Assembly: GCA_002633005.1 (NCBI GenBank)
Contig: NMRA01000055.1
Location: 62,001 to 126,000, forward strand
Reading direction: 5' to 3'
From: Phoronis australis
Taxonomy: Eukaryota > Animalia > Phoronida
DNA: 64,000 nt
Part shown: piece by piece, positions 25,370 through 37,291 of the stretch
Position numbering within the stretch: position 1 is the stretch's first letter
Layout: every line of letters starts with the position of its first letter
Translations under genes and position numbers: made by a program
Notes under the pieces: generated by a model
What the model was told of the DNA's origin: nothing
Database searches by the model: none
The model's input: the letters and a program-made list of their open reading frames with translations, nothing else

Positions 25370-27830
25370 AGAGATGAACTCTGATGTCAGGAAGGTAAAC
25401 ATGAACGCCAAGTCGGGATCAGCTACAGGCCCATCCGGGCTACTGTACATAGTTTTTAAGAAGTGTCCAAGGTTATTACACCGCCTTTGGAAGCTGTTGA
25501 GAGTAATTTGGCGCTCTAAGGAGTTGTCTTGGAGATGGGGAAAGGCGGAAAGAGAGTACGTTTCGAACGGCAAAGGCTCTGTGAAGATTGGTGACTTCCC
25601 GTCCTATCACGTTATTGGATGTGGAGGGGAAAGTCTTTTTCGCTGTGCTGGCAGACAGGCTAACGACATATTTGTTGGAGAACAGTTACATCAACCCCTC
25701 AGTGCAGAAGGGAGGCATTACCGGCTACTCTGATTGTCTAGAACACAACTGCGTGATCACGGAGTTAATCCAGGATGCAAAGAAATTATGGAAAGACATG
25801 TCTGTGGTATGGCTTGACATGGCCAATGCCTATGAGTCGATGCCACACAAGCTTATAGAGAAGGCGATGTGTATGTATCATTTGCCGGAAAATCTGCATT
25901 CTCATCAGCAAATACTTCACAGGAGCAAGAATGAGATTCTCAGTTAATGGTTTTACAGCGGAGTGGCAACCTTTGCAGAAGGGGATCATGACAGGGTGCA
26001 CAATTTCTATAATTCTGTTTGTGATGGCCATGAGTGTTATGATTAAGCGAGCATCCAAGGAGTGGAGGGGACCTTTATTACAGAACAAGCGTCTACCAAG
26101 TTGTCGTGCATATGTGGATGATCTCAATGTTACAACTCAGTCGGCATTAGGGGCAGGCCGGATTCTGAAAGCCTTGGGTGATCTAGCCAGGTGGGCTCGT
26201 ATGGCGTTCAAAGTGCTGGTTCGAGGGAAGATTAACGCACGTTTCGCTTTTAAGGTGGATGAAGATGTGATACCTTCGGTGTCAGACAAATCAGTGAAGT
26301 ATCTGGGGAAAGACGGCACATTGAAGGATGGTGACCATGTAAAAGCGGCGCTGAAAAGTTAACAGGAAAATCTTAAGAAGATCGATAAGTGTGGATTACC
26401 TGGTCGCTTTAAGGTGTGGTGTTACCAGTTTGGACTATTCCCAAAGGCCATGGGGCCTTTGGCAATGTACGATCTACCTATTACAGCAGCGGAGAGGATA
26501 GAGCGCTTGGTCAGCCGCTGGTTGCGCAAGTGGTTAGGCATCCCCCCAAGTTTCACCAAGTTGGGCCTGTACGTGAGGTAAACCTACCTACACGGTCTAT
26601 TGTGGAAGAGTTTAAAGTTATTAAGTGCAGGACTTTCCTGACTTTAAGGGACTCGAAAGATGAAGATATCAGCGGCGTAAATATTGAAATTTTTGCGGAA
26701 AGAAAGTGGAGTCTAGCGGAGGAAGTAGTATCAGCAGAGAGCAGGCTTCACCACAAACATTTGGTAGGGGCAGTTTCTAGAGGACGTAAAGGCCTTGGTA
26801 TGAAACCGTTTAAGAGATGGAAGACAACTAGAGGGAAAGATCGTCGTTCTATGGTGTTTGACGAAGTACGTCACCAGGAAGAGGAGAAGGGCTTTTCTCA
26901 GGATGTGGGTTTGAGAGAGCAGGGCGCCTGGACAGCATGGGAAGGAGTTCTCAGTAGGCGCATTACAGCGAACGACCTGATTTCATGTGATCAGTATAAA
27001 TTAAGTTTTCTCCTGCGTTCTGTGTATGACGTATTCCCTAGTCCGACAAACCTGAAGATGTGGGGAAAGATAGAAGACGATTCTTGCGGCAGTTGTGGGA
27101 GCGCTGCACGTTTTGACATCCTGTAAGTCGGCTTTGGCGGAAGGCAAATACAAGTGGAGACATGATAAGATTCTCAAGGTAATTGCTCATATTTTGGACC
27201 TAAAAAGAAGGAAGGCGGTTAGCAACACCGAAAGCCCACTAATATCATTTTGCAGAGAAGGTGCATCCGGAAAGAGGAAAGATGAAGTTGTGTTGACTAC
27301 AGCGAGTGATTGGAAGATGATTGTGGATGTAGGACCGTTGGCAGTATTCCCGAGCCATATAGTGATGACGACACTCCGGCCTGTCTTGGTATTATGGTCA
27401 GATGGTACAAAGACGGTCATCATAGTAGAACTTACAGTACCATGGGAATCCCGAATGGTAGAGTCCAACGAGAGGAAAAGGCCAAAGTATGCAGAACTTT
27501 CCCATGATTGTTCAGTAGCTGGTTGGAAGTGTTTCTGTATGCCCGTTGAAGTTGGATGTAGAGGTTTCATCAGGAGCAGCATGTGGAGGTAGATGAAGTT
27601 CCTAGGTATAAGCACAGTGTCGAGGAAGAATTTGGTGCAGACAGTGATGAGATGTGCTGAAGAGGTGTCGTCGTGGCTATGGCTACAGATAGATAACAGG
27701 TGGCACTCCAAGTGATGACCGAAGCCTGATCAACTTCGGGGACCCGGCATCCGAGATGATTCTAGATTAGAGGTCGAAATTATCGATGAGGATGCATTCT
27801 AGCTGATGACAGCACTTGGAGAAACAGCAC
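25370..27830 (+). mobile_element. 5'-truncated, decayed HERO-like non-LTR retrotransposon (RT + CCHC + restriction-like endonuclease)
   Basis: RT motifs SATGPSG, RPITLLDVEGK, QKGG, WLDMANAY, GIMTGCTIS, AYVDDL and KYLG. Then CGSCG..HVLTSC, WRHD, RP(D>V)LVLWS, ELTVPWE, KY, VEVGCRG and SSWLWL, with a stop at 27713-27715. Multiple frameshifts. Confidence 0.85.
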
Positions 27831-28135
27831 ACAAAAACAGTGTTTCGGGTAATTATTTAGGACATCATCAACAAATGTAGGCTACAAAATATCAAAGAGA
27901 TGTATGTCCAGTTGTGCGTTTACTGTTTAAAATAAAACATCAGGTCAGAAATAAAATATCATAAGAGAAGCTCACTTATTTCAGTTTATGCTCACACTAA
28001 ATAGAGCCGTTTCTTCCAACCAGAAATGCTTTTCCGCACTTTTTTCCATCGAAATTTCTTCCCGTCATATAACTATCCTGTATTTTAGGTCCTCCTGCTC
28101 CCGAATTTCACAGTTCTTCCATATTTTTTATATTT

Positions 28136-28376
28136 CATGCGCAAACCCAGCCTTCAATATGGGAGGCTCGAATTTCTGGCGATGTGGACCTTTTACTAAC
28201 AAAAACGCGGGTGGACTGAAAAAGGAGCAACACGTTCAGAACTGTTAATTGTGCGTTTGCGCCATATTAGTGGACTTTTGTCTCGTGTTTTAGGACTTTT
28301 TGTTTCTCTGAGGCGGACTTTTTTGCCCACTTCACCAACATTCGAGCCCCCGAGTCCACCCCTGGGTGGGCACATG
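28136..28376 (-). mobile_element. MITE, copy 2 of the 10264-10506 family
   Basis: catgcgcaaacccag ... ctgggtgggcacatg termini; the interior matches the reverse complement of copy 1. Confidence 0.7.
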
Positions 28377-28462
28377 ATTTCTCTGAGATACTTTGTAGAG
28401 TTGTTGATGACACCCTGAAGATAATTCTGAAACATTTGAATGAATTCGTTTGGCCAATAGGC

Positions 28463-28538
28463 GAGAGAGAGGGAGGGAGGGAGGGAGGGAGNNNNNNNNN
28501 NNNNNNNNNNNNNNNNNNNNNNNNNNNNNNNNNNNNNG

Positions 28539-28585
<47 letters not shown>
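28463..28585. repeat. (GGGA)n/(GA)n microsatellite spanning an N gap
   Basis: Directly visible; gap at 28492-28537. Confidence 0.9.
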
Positions 28586-28586
<1 letters not shown>

Positions 28587-28834
28587 CTAGACTAGTGCAC
28601 TCCAACAGATGTCGAGACAAAGGCGCCCACACGAGCGAAACTCCCGAGTTAAAATCAGATAGCCACCAAACTGAAATGTACATATCTTTGAAAAAATGTA
28701 TTTGTCAAGCTGTCTTCACAAAGAGGAAAACAGATCTGCTCACGGACCAAGTACAATGTCGACAAACAATGTAGATAAGACTCAAAAATTCTTATAATAG
28801 AGCATGCGAAGAGACACTTGATATCCCAGAAAAA

Positions 28835-29180
28835 TCAAAAGGTATGGATCACCGATGACACGTGGTCAAAGGTTGAACAACGGAAACGTCTAAAAAAGAA
28901 TCTCCTTCATTCAAAAACACGACTACAGAAACATAATGCTCAGCAGAAATATAAGGATATGGATAAAGTAGTTAAACAGAGCATCAGAAAAGACAAACGT
29001 CGGCACCTCGAGATTGCGAAAAACGATATCAATACCCTTTACTCTACAACCAAGCTGCTTAGTAGGAGACGTTTTAACTCAGCTAAGCCACTCAAGGATG
29101 AAGACAGAAAGCTTATCACTGAGACAGTTGGAACTTTGTAAAGATCATTTTTCTAGCGTATTAAACAATCCCGCGCCCAT
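28835..29180 (+). pseudogene. RTE-type LINE fragment (linker between endonuclease and RT)
   Basis: Reads WITDDTW..EQRK, VKQSIRKDKR, LYSTTKLLS, PLKDED..LIT, HFSSVLNNPAP. Confidence 0.65.
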
Positions 29181-30178
29181 CAATTTTTTATCAGAAACTT
29201 AATTTTCAAAATAATTTGCCTTGAAATCCTGTAACCCGTAGTCGCCGCCTTTTGGACTCGGTCAGCCTCACTTGCACAAAGACTGAAAATTTAACAGCGA
29301 CACAACGTTGTGAGTATATGTATTAAATTAAAACTATAAAATAAAGTTTCGATTGCATGAAAACATACCAAATTATAAGGATTCGTAATTAATTTAACGT
29401 TTTAAATTCAATCAAAAATATATTTCTACATGGGCCGCAAGTATCAGAATTCTGTTAGGCCTACGGGAACGACCCAAGTCAGAATGTTCCGATTTGGGCC
29501 GGATTCCCTATACGCCGGGCCGGAGCAGTATTACGAAACGTCGAAGTGCGCACTGCAGATCTTAATGGGGCTATTCGGAAACATTAACAAGAGGGCGCGC
29601 GTGTACTAGTGGTGATAGCTAAGCAGCCTCGATTTCGCGAGCCCTTTAAATACATGGTGAAAAGACTTGCGGTCGTGCCAACTTAACACAAGATTGCGCG
29701 AAAAGGGTGCTTCTATGAGAAGAAGTAAGCACGACCTTATACAAAGGTAAGGTTTGTGATTATTTTAACGATTATTCCATGTTTATTATAATGATGCCTG
29801 TTAACTGAGGTATTCGCCGATGTTGATTTCGGGGCAGTCGACAGTCGGGTTAATCTTTGTTTGCTGTGATATGTGTTACGATACTTGACGTAGCACTCGG
29901 AATCTTTTCGTACATCAAACAAGTATTATTGTTTGGAATGATTTCTAACAGGCGTATCAGTGACAGTTACATCAATCAATGCTGAATGTTTATGCTGTCA
30001 ACTCAATATTTGTTAGTGAGTTAAGATTACAATCCAAGCCCAATGGAAAAGGGTAGGTGACAAATATCCATTAGACTATTTGTTTGTTCCCTATCCTACA
30101 TGTATGTCTTCCGGAAATCTATTACCCGTTGAAATGGAAATCTATCGTGTCTATTTTCATGTGACCTTTGGTTTTTAG

Positions 30179-33100
30179 GCTTGAGGGCTTGTACCGTGCA
30201 GAGGAGATATGCATCGCTTCTGACCGTCCCTGAATGGACAATAATTGGTTTTAAGCATTTGACAGCAGCTAACTAGCAAGAGCTTTCCATCTAGTACAGA
30301 TCTGTTGTCAAAGCCCACTTTCTATATTGGAGACAACGAGCAAAGCCTTTGAAGAAGGAACAGCTATTTTTAAAGAAAGGTATGTTAGTCGTTTTTTTAC
30401 TTTACTTATTCTGGTCCTTAGCGGGGGAGTGGCATAGGGGGTTGCAGGGGCGGATCCAAGATTTTGAGTTAAAGGGGGCAGGGCACAGGATCAAATAACC
30501 AGAATTTCGGCCCATGCGCGCGCTCAGCTTAAAATGAAGGGATGAAGGGGTCTCGAATTATTGGGTTTGTGGACCTTATTACTAAAAAATGGTAAACGGG
30601 GTTTGTTGAAGTCCTATGCATTGTTTATTCGCCCCCCCCCCCTTTCCCGGAGGCCCCCTGAATGCGCACATATGCTAGTCAGCAATTCGCAAATGATCTG
30701 CCAAATTGTATCTGGTAGAATTTTAGGGGCCCCTCTAAGTCCGCCATTGGGTTGGGGTTGTAAAATTTGATGCAACTGAATTTGTGGAAATAACAGGTAA
30801 TACATGTCTGGGAGGAAGAACATGCTGAGGTAATTCATAACCTTCATGAAGTTCCATCAAGTTTATTTTATGAAAATTCTTGCTATCATGTGTAGACCCA
30901 TAGAAATATATTACATTTTCTGAATTCTCAGTGACTGAATAGTCTTAACTCACGCCTTGAAATATTGCGAGTCGTTTATGAATTCAAATGACTGCTATTT
31001 TTTGTGAAAATTGCATTTGTGATGGTGCCTTACGATTTGTAATTACTCTTAAACAACAGAAAGATTATCCATCATTTTTAAATGACCCAAGTCTTCATAT
31101 CTTCTATTAGAAGAAAAGAAGTCTGAGAAACGGTTCCCTCAGCCTCAGGCCCATGAATCTGTAATCGGAGTTTAAAATTGCTGAAAGTATCAAAAATAAA
31201 AAGGCTTGAAAATGGGTAACAAAGGTTTGAAGTTGTGTCAAAAAAATTCCATATTTTGCAGACAAGTGATGCGTTTAAAGAATCGTTATGGCTACGAATG
31301 AAAAATAAAGACGCAGTTTTATACAATACTTATTATATACACCCTTGCTTTCTGAAAATAGTAATTATTTAATTTTGTGTGAAATTGTAGAGGCGTCACC
31401 ATATATTTTTGAGAAGCAGGGGTAGCATTTTTGACCCAACCTGGAGTACTTAAAGGAGAATGCCACCCGATTTAATTAGTCTTTTTTGCAGCCTTAATAG
31501 GTCTATATCCACATCGCCTCGCACACGGTCGACCTTACCTTGCCAAGAGGTGTACCGTTAACCTGTGAGAAAGGTGAAAAATGACGCTAGCGACGTCAGC
31601 TGTTCATCTGGAGAGTTAATGCCGCTATGTTGCGGTGCATCGTTCCCGCTTGTCCGAACTATGCAACTGTGAGGAAAGCGGGTATGTCGTTTTTTCGACT
31701 TCCTCGATAGACCAAATGCTTAGGAAGTGGCTCGTGGTAGTGAAGAATGAAAAGTACGCTATAAATAGCAAGTATGAGGCCATGAAACATCTCCGTGTCT
31801 GTGGCCTGCAGTCGTCCACAGTGCCTGACCAATGCCGGCTTACTATATAACTATCCAATCCATACGTTCCGTTGTCTGACCTTGTTCACGGCGCCTCTCT
31901 CGTATTTCTTCATCACTGTATTCCTGTTCGAATTGATAGCCTGTAAAACTTAACGATCCACCTGCGAAGTCTTCGTAGGGATCGACTGATGAGCTCTCGT
32001 CTAAGTCGGGATTGCGAGTTGTCATGTCGATGTTTATTACTGAGCGTTCTGTTTTAAAAGGAATTATTCTCACCCTAACCAATACTTATAAAAAAATGAA
32101 ACAAATTCTGCCTCATTAGATGCAATTTGTAATGCCTTTGGAGTGTTCGTGCGTGCAAATGATTTGAGAAGCCAGCAATGAATAAATCACTCCATTACCG
32201 GCTTTAGGTGCAATAAAACTAATTGACGGGCCCTGTGAGCTCATGCTAATTAAGTGTTTCTGGAAGAAACTGTTGTGATTTCTACCCCACGGCCTGGTGT
32301 TAGGGGAGTCTTTATTTACATTTACATTATTATAATAATGATTGTCAAGGTAAAACTTCTGCCCTCTCGGTGCTGTGGCCAAAGCGGAACTTAAATTCGC
32401 GGCTCCCGACGAGTAAGTAGATTTGCAGTTTTGTGGGTAATTTACCAACATAATCACGTGCACATTACCTTGGCTCACTTTTTTATAATGTTTATTACGA
32501 AATCTTCGATACAATGAATATACTTTGGCTCACTAGTATAGTATTTTCTTGACTGAAAGTTTAGTTTCCAACTTTGATTGGTTTATGTTCGTGATGTCTG
32601 ATCAGTTTCCGAGCCACTGGCCGGGATAACGAGTCAATCCGGCCGGCCGCGACGGGCCTGATCTGACTCTGAGCCACTGGCCAGGATAACAAGTGTTTTG
32701 TGTTTAGAACTCAAAAAATCACAAGTCTAAACAACACAGGTCTGGGTTCTCCTGTCTGTATCTCACGGAAAATACGAATTTGTCTCCAAACAGACCCCAA
32801 ACTCGGACAAACACGGACCTCATTGGCCTTCCGAACTTTGGAGGCTACGGTGTGTCCAAATACCAATCAATCCGTAATAGCGAAATAAAACAACACGTTT
32901 TTATAAGAACTCGGTGTATTTTTAAGAGTTTTACATCGAAGTTTGATGATTTATTGGTGCTAAACGATGAATTCAAGCGATAAACTGACACCAGTAACCC
33001 GTGTTGTGAAATGCTGAACAGACTGCGTGTGAAACCAATTACGTAATTGGATAATTTCAACACCTCCATTTGCCGTCAGGTAACGCAACCGTACGTGCCG

Positions 33101-33700
33101 TTATGGAGTAGAATTACTTGATCTAAATTGATACAGATTAGGTTGTTTTTTGGGTGGCATGCTCCTTTATTTATTCATATTTCAATATTTGTTCCAGGTT
33201 CAGTGACATTTTAGGGCCACTTCAAGCCGCAACATATACAAGCTTTGTTACTCCTTTCTCTTTAGCACAGCATTTCCACACAAAGTGCTGCATGGCACAA
33301 TGTACAAGTCAGTGGCCCTGGAGAAATGTGAATGGCAGTTCTAAGTTACCATAAGACAATGTGCCAGTAGATTGTTTGTGTATGAAGAGGAACTGCTTCT
33401 GACTGTTACACAAGTCAGCCTCGTTGGTGAGGATGCCCTTTCATAGGCAATGAGTCATGTGTGGACAATAGCTTATTTCCTTTCCCGGAAGAAATATGAG
33501 AGAATGAAGCTAAGGAAGACCTAGTGACACTCTGGCCTAGTTCAGGGTCAGATTTTGGGCACAAAACGAGTCAAGTGATATGCTGTTGTGTGTACCTCCA
33601 ATGATCTAATTGTCGATGTTATTGAGGCTGAATGAGGTTACATGAAAGAAAGCCACGTGTTAGACCTTTTTTACAAGCGCTTCTATAGGCCATTGAAACT
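30179..33700 (+). pseudogene. SWIM + YqaJ-like (lambda-exonuclease family) gene remnants of the ISL2EU-like element
   Basis: Exon-like segment 30179-30379 ending KAFEEGTAIFKER|gt. QHIQALL..CTSQ.W at about 33225-33325. KLRKT..LVQGQILGT..*YAVVCTSNDL..LDLFYKRFYRPL at 33504-33700. Confidence 0.6.
31454..33166. mobile_element. Internally deleted Kolobok transposon nested in the ISL2EU-like element
   Basis: TTAA|aggagaatgccaccc ... gggtggcatgctcct|TTAT (14/15 TIR match). THAP start on + at 31627 (MLRCIVPAC..FFRLP..RKWL..RVCG). KolX-like start on - at 32025 (GYQFEQEYSDEE). Confidence 0.75.
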
Positions 33701-34419
33701 AGATCCCAGTGAAATGAAAACTAAAAGCATCTGGTATAATACCTGTCCTTTCTCAATGAGTGACATTAACTTTTCCTTTCAAAAGAAATGCTTTATACTA
33801 ATGGCACATTATGGGGAAGTGACATTCAGTGACTGCATCGATTGTGTTATTGTCTGTAGAAAGCCCGTTAATGCTACACTTTGATGATCGAATAAATTTT
33901 TCATCAACAGGCAACTTTGTCACTAATTATTGAAACCACAACATTTCTTCAGTTTTAAAGCCCCATACAGTGCAGTTGTGATTTCCGAATACGCTTGCGA
34001 ATTGTCATTTTTCTGTTGACCTATAGAAATGTGCAGCGATCAAAATGAAGTATTCCCTTTTTTGCATTTGATTTGTTTGTGTGTTTAATTATTTTTAGAC
34101 CCTTCTTAAGAAGGCTTTTGAACAATTTTAAGTTCTGTGTTAACTTGTCTATGAACAAAAGTTCCATATGCACGAAAAGTATGTTTTCAATCGTAGCTAG
34201 ATAGATGAGAATCTGCTATGCACAAGATTCAAGAATAAACAATTATGACTGTATTTAAACACAAAATGGCAAACTGAACAACCACATACATACAAGGAAA
34301 CAGCATTGCTAAAAAAAAAATGTAATTTTCCCAATGCAACGGAGTCCATAATCAGGCATATCATGTGCTGAAATTCTGAATTAGGTTCAATTCTCTCAGG
34401 TTATTGCTGAATAATTGCT

Positions 34420-35329
34420 TTTCACTTTGTCCAAAGGTAAAACAGACGGTCAGGCGGCTGGTTTCAGTCGTTTTCTCTCACCTGTAACAGAATAGTAAGA
34501 TAAATATTAGCAAATTATAAAAAACACAAGACAAAACTACTTTCTTTTGTAAGGCAGAACATACTTGACATTTCATCTTCATGTTTACATGCAGAAACTA
34601 ATAATCTTTGTACCCAAGTCTTATCTAAGATCTGAATTAAAATATGTGAAACAGGCTAAAAGTAATTTAACAATGTGTATTTTTCATGACACTTAAAATG
34701 AGCTTCTGATCTCAACAAGTAAAATTCATTTTAGGTGTCATTTTTTTCCAATGCAATGTTACGACATTTACTTAATTAAGGCTTATTCATGTTAATTCGA
34801 TAACTGAGCTGGTGGTCCTTGGGGGTGGGGTCCACGATAAAATAAGGAAACTCACTCATCTAGAGAATTTTATTGGAAACAGAATAGTTTTGAAGAGAAA
34901 CTGCTGTGAAAATGTCACTTGACTTCTGTGCATCACGTACCATACACCTCTTATTTTTGGAGCACTCCCACCCAGGACAATATGAATATGTGCTGCTAGC
35001 CTACCCGGCATCGGGTGAGTTTCCAAAAAGAAACACTTAGTTCCACTCAATAAAACTGTTATTCAATGGGGTAACTGGTGGGGATAAAATCACCGAACGA
35101 TGTTGATAGAAACTGGTTGCTAAAAACTTACCAAGTAATGTTGTGTAGTCTCCGAATGGAACTGCATAGTCATAGAGCACACACGGGGCTTCAGCATCCA
35201 CACTTTTTTTGTCAGTTAGTTGACCTTTTTGACCGCAATTGTCCACAAATATAGTAACCTTAGGTCTTTTGGGAATTTATGGCCACCTGTCGAACACTTG
35301 CACCAGGGAAATTAGCAGTAACAAGGCTT
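34420..35329 (-). pseudogene. Spliced THAP domain (transposase N-terminus) of the ISL2EU-like element
   Basis: Exon 35329-35132 reads PCYC*FPWC..GGHKFPKD..LWTIAVKK..W..RVCS..DY, followed by gtaagt. A ttacag acceptor opens the next exon at 34481: GERKRLKPAA*PSVL. Phases match. Confidence 0.7.
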
Positions 35330-35477
35330 AGCACGACGACGTATTTTGATAAAAATTCCATCTTTTACCACTTGTTTACATGCAGACAGCCACGCATGCG
35401 CAATTCAATCACCACTAGTACAGCAGCGACACCACGAGGAGAATTCTCCGAATAGCCCCATTGCGCAGATATCGGGT

Positions 35478-35548
35478 CGTCAGTAGCTCAGTGGTAAGTG
35501 CATTAGACCGGCAAGCTAGAGACCTGTGGTTCGATTCCCAGTTGGGGT
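35478..35548 (+). other. tRNA-like (pseudo-tRNA / SINE head) sequence
   Basis: A box tagctcagtgg (35484) and B box ggttcgattcc (35528) at tRNA spacing, but the acceptor and anticodon stems pair poorly. Confidence 0.55.
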
Positions 35549-35961
35549 TTCTGATTTTTCTGTGTTTATTTGATATAAATCTTATGTAAAAGTCATTCAG
35601 GGAATTTTAATCAATATTAAAATATGATTGTGAAATGCGTACAAAAACGCAAAGATATATTTATTGCCACAGGTCGTGGGGGTTGTGAGTCGACAGGATC
35701 GTGGGGTGTAGGGGTCGAGGAGGTTTTAGAACAATCCCTAAATAACTGCGTAAGCCAGAACTCAACCTTTAGAATGAGTCCCTCAATTTCGTCAAATTAT
35801 GTCATTTCGAAGATTTCCGATAAAGTAGAGACACTGCTAGTCTGATAAAGCTTGCTTTATTTAGGAGACATCGCTGTTTGTCTGTTTTCTGCTCTGTATA
35901 CGAGAGAATACTTACAGCACATCCGTCATGCTCCGAATCCGGAATAGTTCTTGTAACTTAA

Positions 35962-37291
35962 AGACGAAGGCAACCTTTTTCATGTCATTTTTAGCAAAAA
36001 TAAGGTTCGTTGATTATCCCAGACATATTTTTCACTTATTTACTGCTTTTCGTAATTTAATTAATTACTGGTCGTCTACTCCGGAAGTGACGTTTTGGGA
36101 GGAAAGCATTTCGCGCCAATTTCTTTTCATATAGTCTGACTGTGAGAGCAGTCGAGTCAGTCATTGTTTTACTTCGGTTGTGTCGTTTGCTTTTGCTTAC
36201 GAGTCAGTCAACATGCCACGCTGTTGCTGCGTACTGGGTATACTCATTATCGTCTCCCGTACAGAGGAAGAACTGTCCCACTTGCCCGAGTGTCCCTCAA
36301 CACACTCCCACTGGAGGGTGATCTGAGCACCCAAACTGCTTACATCCCGCCGTGTGACTCCCTCGTCACACACCTGGCACCTTCCAAATAGCTCCAATAC
36401 AAGTCTACAATAAAGTTATCAAACTTAGGCACACCGATCTGTTCATTGGATGACGAACTGTCCTCTTCACTGGGTGTCGAACTGTGCCTGGGGTATTCAC
36501 TCCCACTACTCAACATTGCTACAGGGCTGCTTACAGGCTCTGCCGGGGCTAGAGACAACAACACAGGGCGAATCACTGCTAGTTCCCGGAATCTCACGCA
36601 ATGGGGTACGTTCGGAGGCAAGGGTGACAGTAGATGAATTCCCTCCAGTCACTGTATACATATAGTGGCCACAGCTCGCGAGGTTGATGGGCTTCAAAAA
36701 CGCACTTCTTGGGGTTGGCGACGGGGCATTGCAGGGAATCAACAGCGACGGTATGGTACCCTTCTTCAGGCGTTGTTTCGCAGGGACCTTCATCAATTCA
36801 GCGTACATATCTCTGTCATAATCTGACTGCAGAAAATGCTTGCCAAACACTCGGTAACACTCCACTGCTTTGTACGTTGCGTGGACGGGTAGCGCTGCGT
36901 TCTTCACATGAACGAGCTAGTCAAGTACGGCGAAGTGTGTCACCCTTCGGAAAGCGACGCAAGGTACCCAAAGCGCGTGTGAGACGATAATGAGTACATC
37001 CTGGCACGCAGCAACGGTGTGACATGTTGACTGACTTGTAAACAAAAGCAAATGACGACCGAATTTATCACAAACGAGGTAGAACAATGACTGACTCGAC
37101 AGCTCTCACAGTCAGACTATAATGAAAAAAAATTGGCGCGAAACTCTTGCCTCCCAAAACGTCACTTCCGGAGTAGAGAACGAGAAATTAATCAAATTAC
37201 GAAAAGCTGTAATTAAGCGAAAAATGTGTCTGGGATAATCAACGAACCTTATTTTTGCTAAAAGTGACATGAAAAAATGTTGCCTTCGCCT
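35962..37291 (-). mobile_element. Kolobok derivative with about 300-bp inverted arms and a THAP-transposase pseudogene
   Basis: TTAA|agacgaaggcaac ... gttgccttcgcct|TTGA. Minus strand from 37025 reads MSHRCCVPGC..RFPKG..*..KHF..RLKKGTIPSL, then FIVD..LELFGRCQVC..G..CVEGHSGKWDSS. Confidence 0.8.

Larger units (their letters stand above)
29567..35459. mobile_element. ISL2EU-like (PIF/Harbinger-related) DNA transposon, decayed, with convergent SWIM/YqaJ and THAP genes
   Basis: TIR ggggctattcgga / tccgaatagcccc flanked by AT, plus subterminal tgtactagtggtgat / atcaccactagtaca. Coding remnants are listed separately. Confidence 0.7.

Noticed and set aside
27800-27830. Hammerhead ribozyme (ctgatga...gaaac) in the LINE 3' UTR
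   Set aside because: Stem II does not pair, and no convincing stems I or III or cleavage triplet were found.
35478-35548. Functional tRNA gene
   Set aside because: The acceptor and anticodon stems are broken; kept only as tRNA-like.
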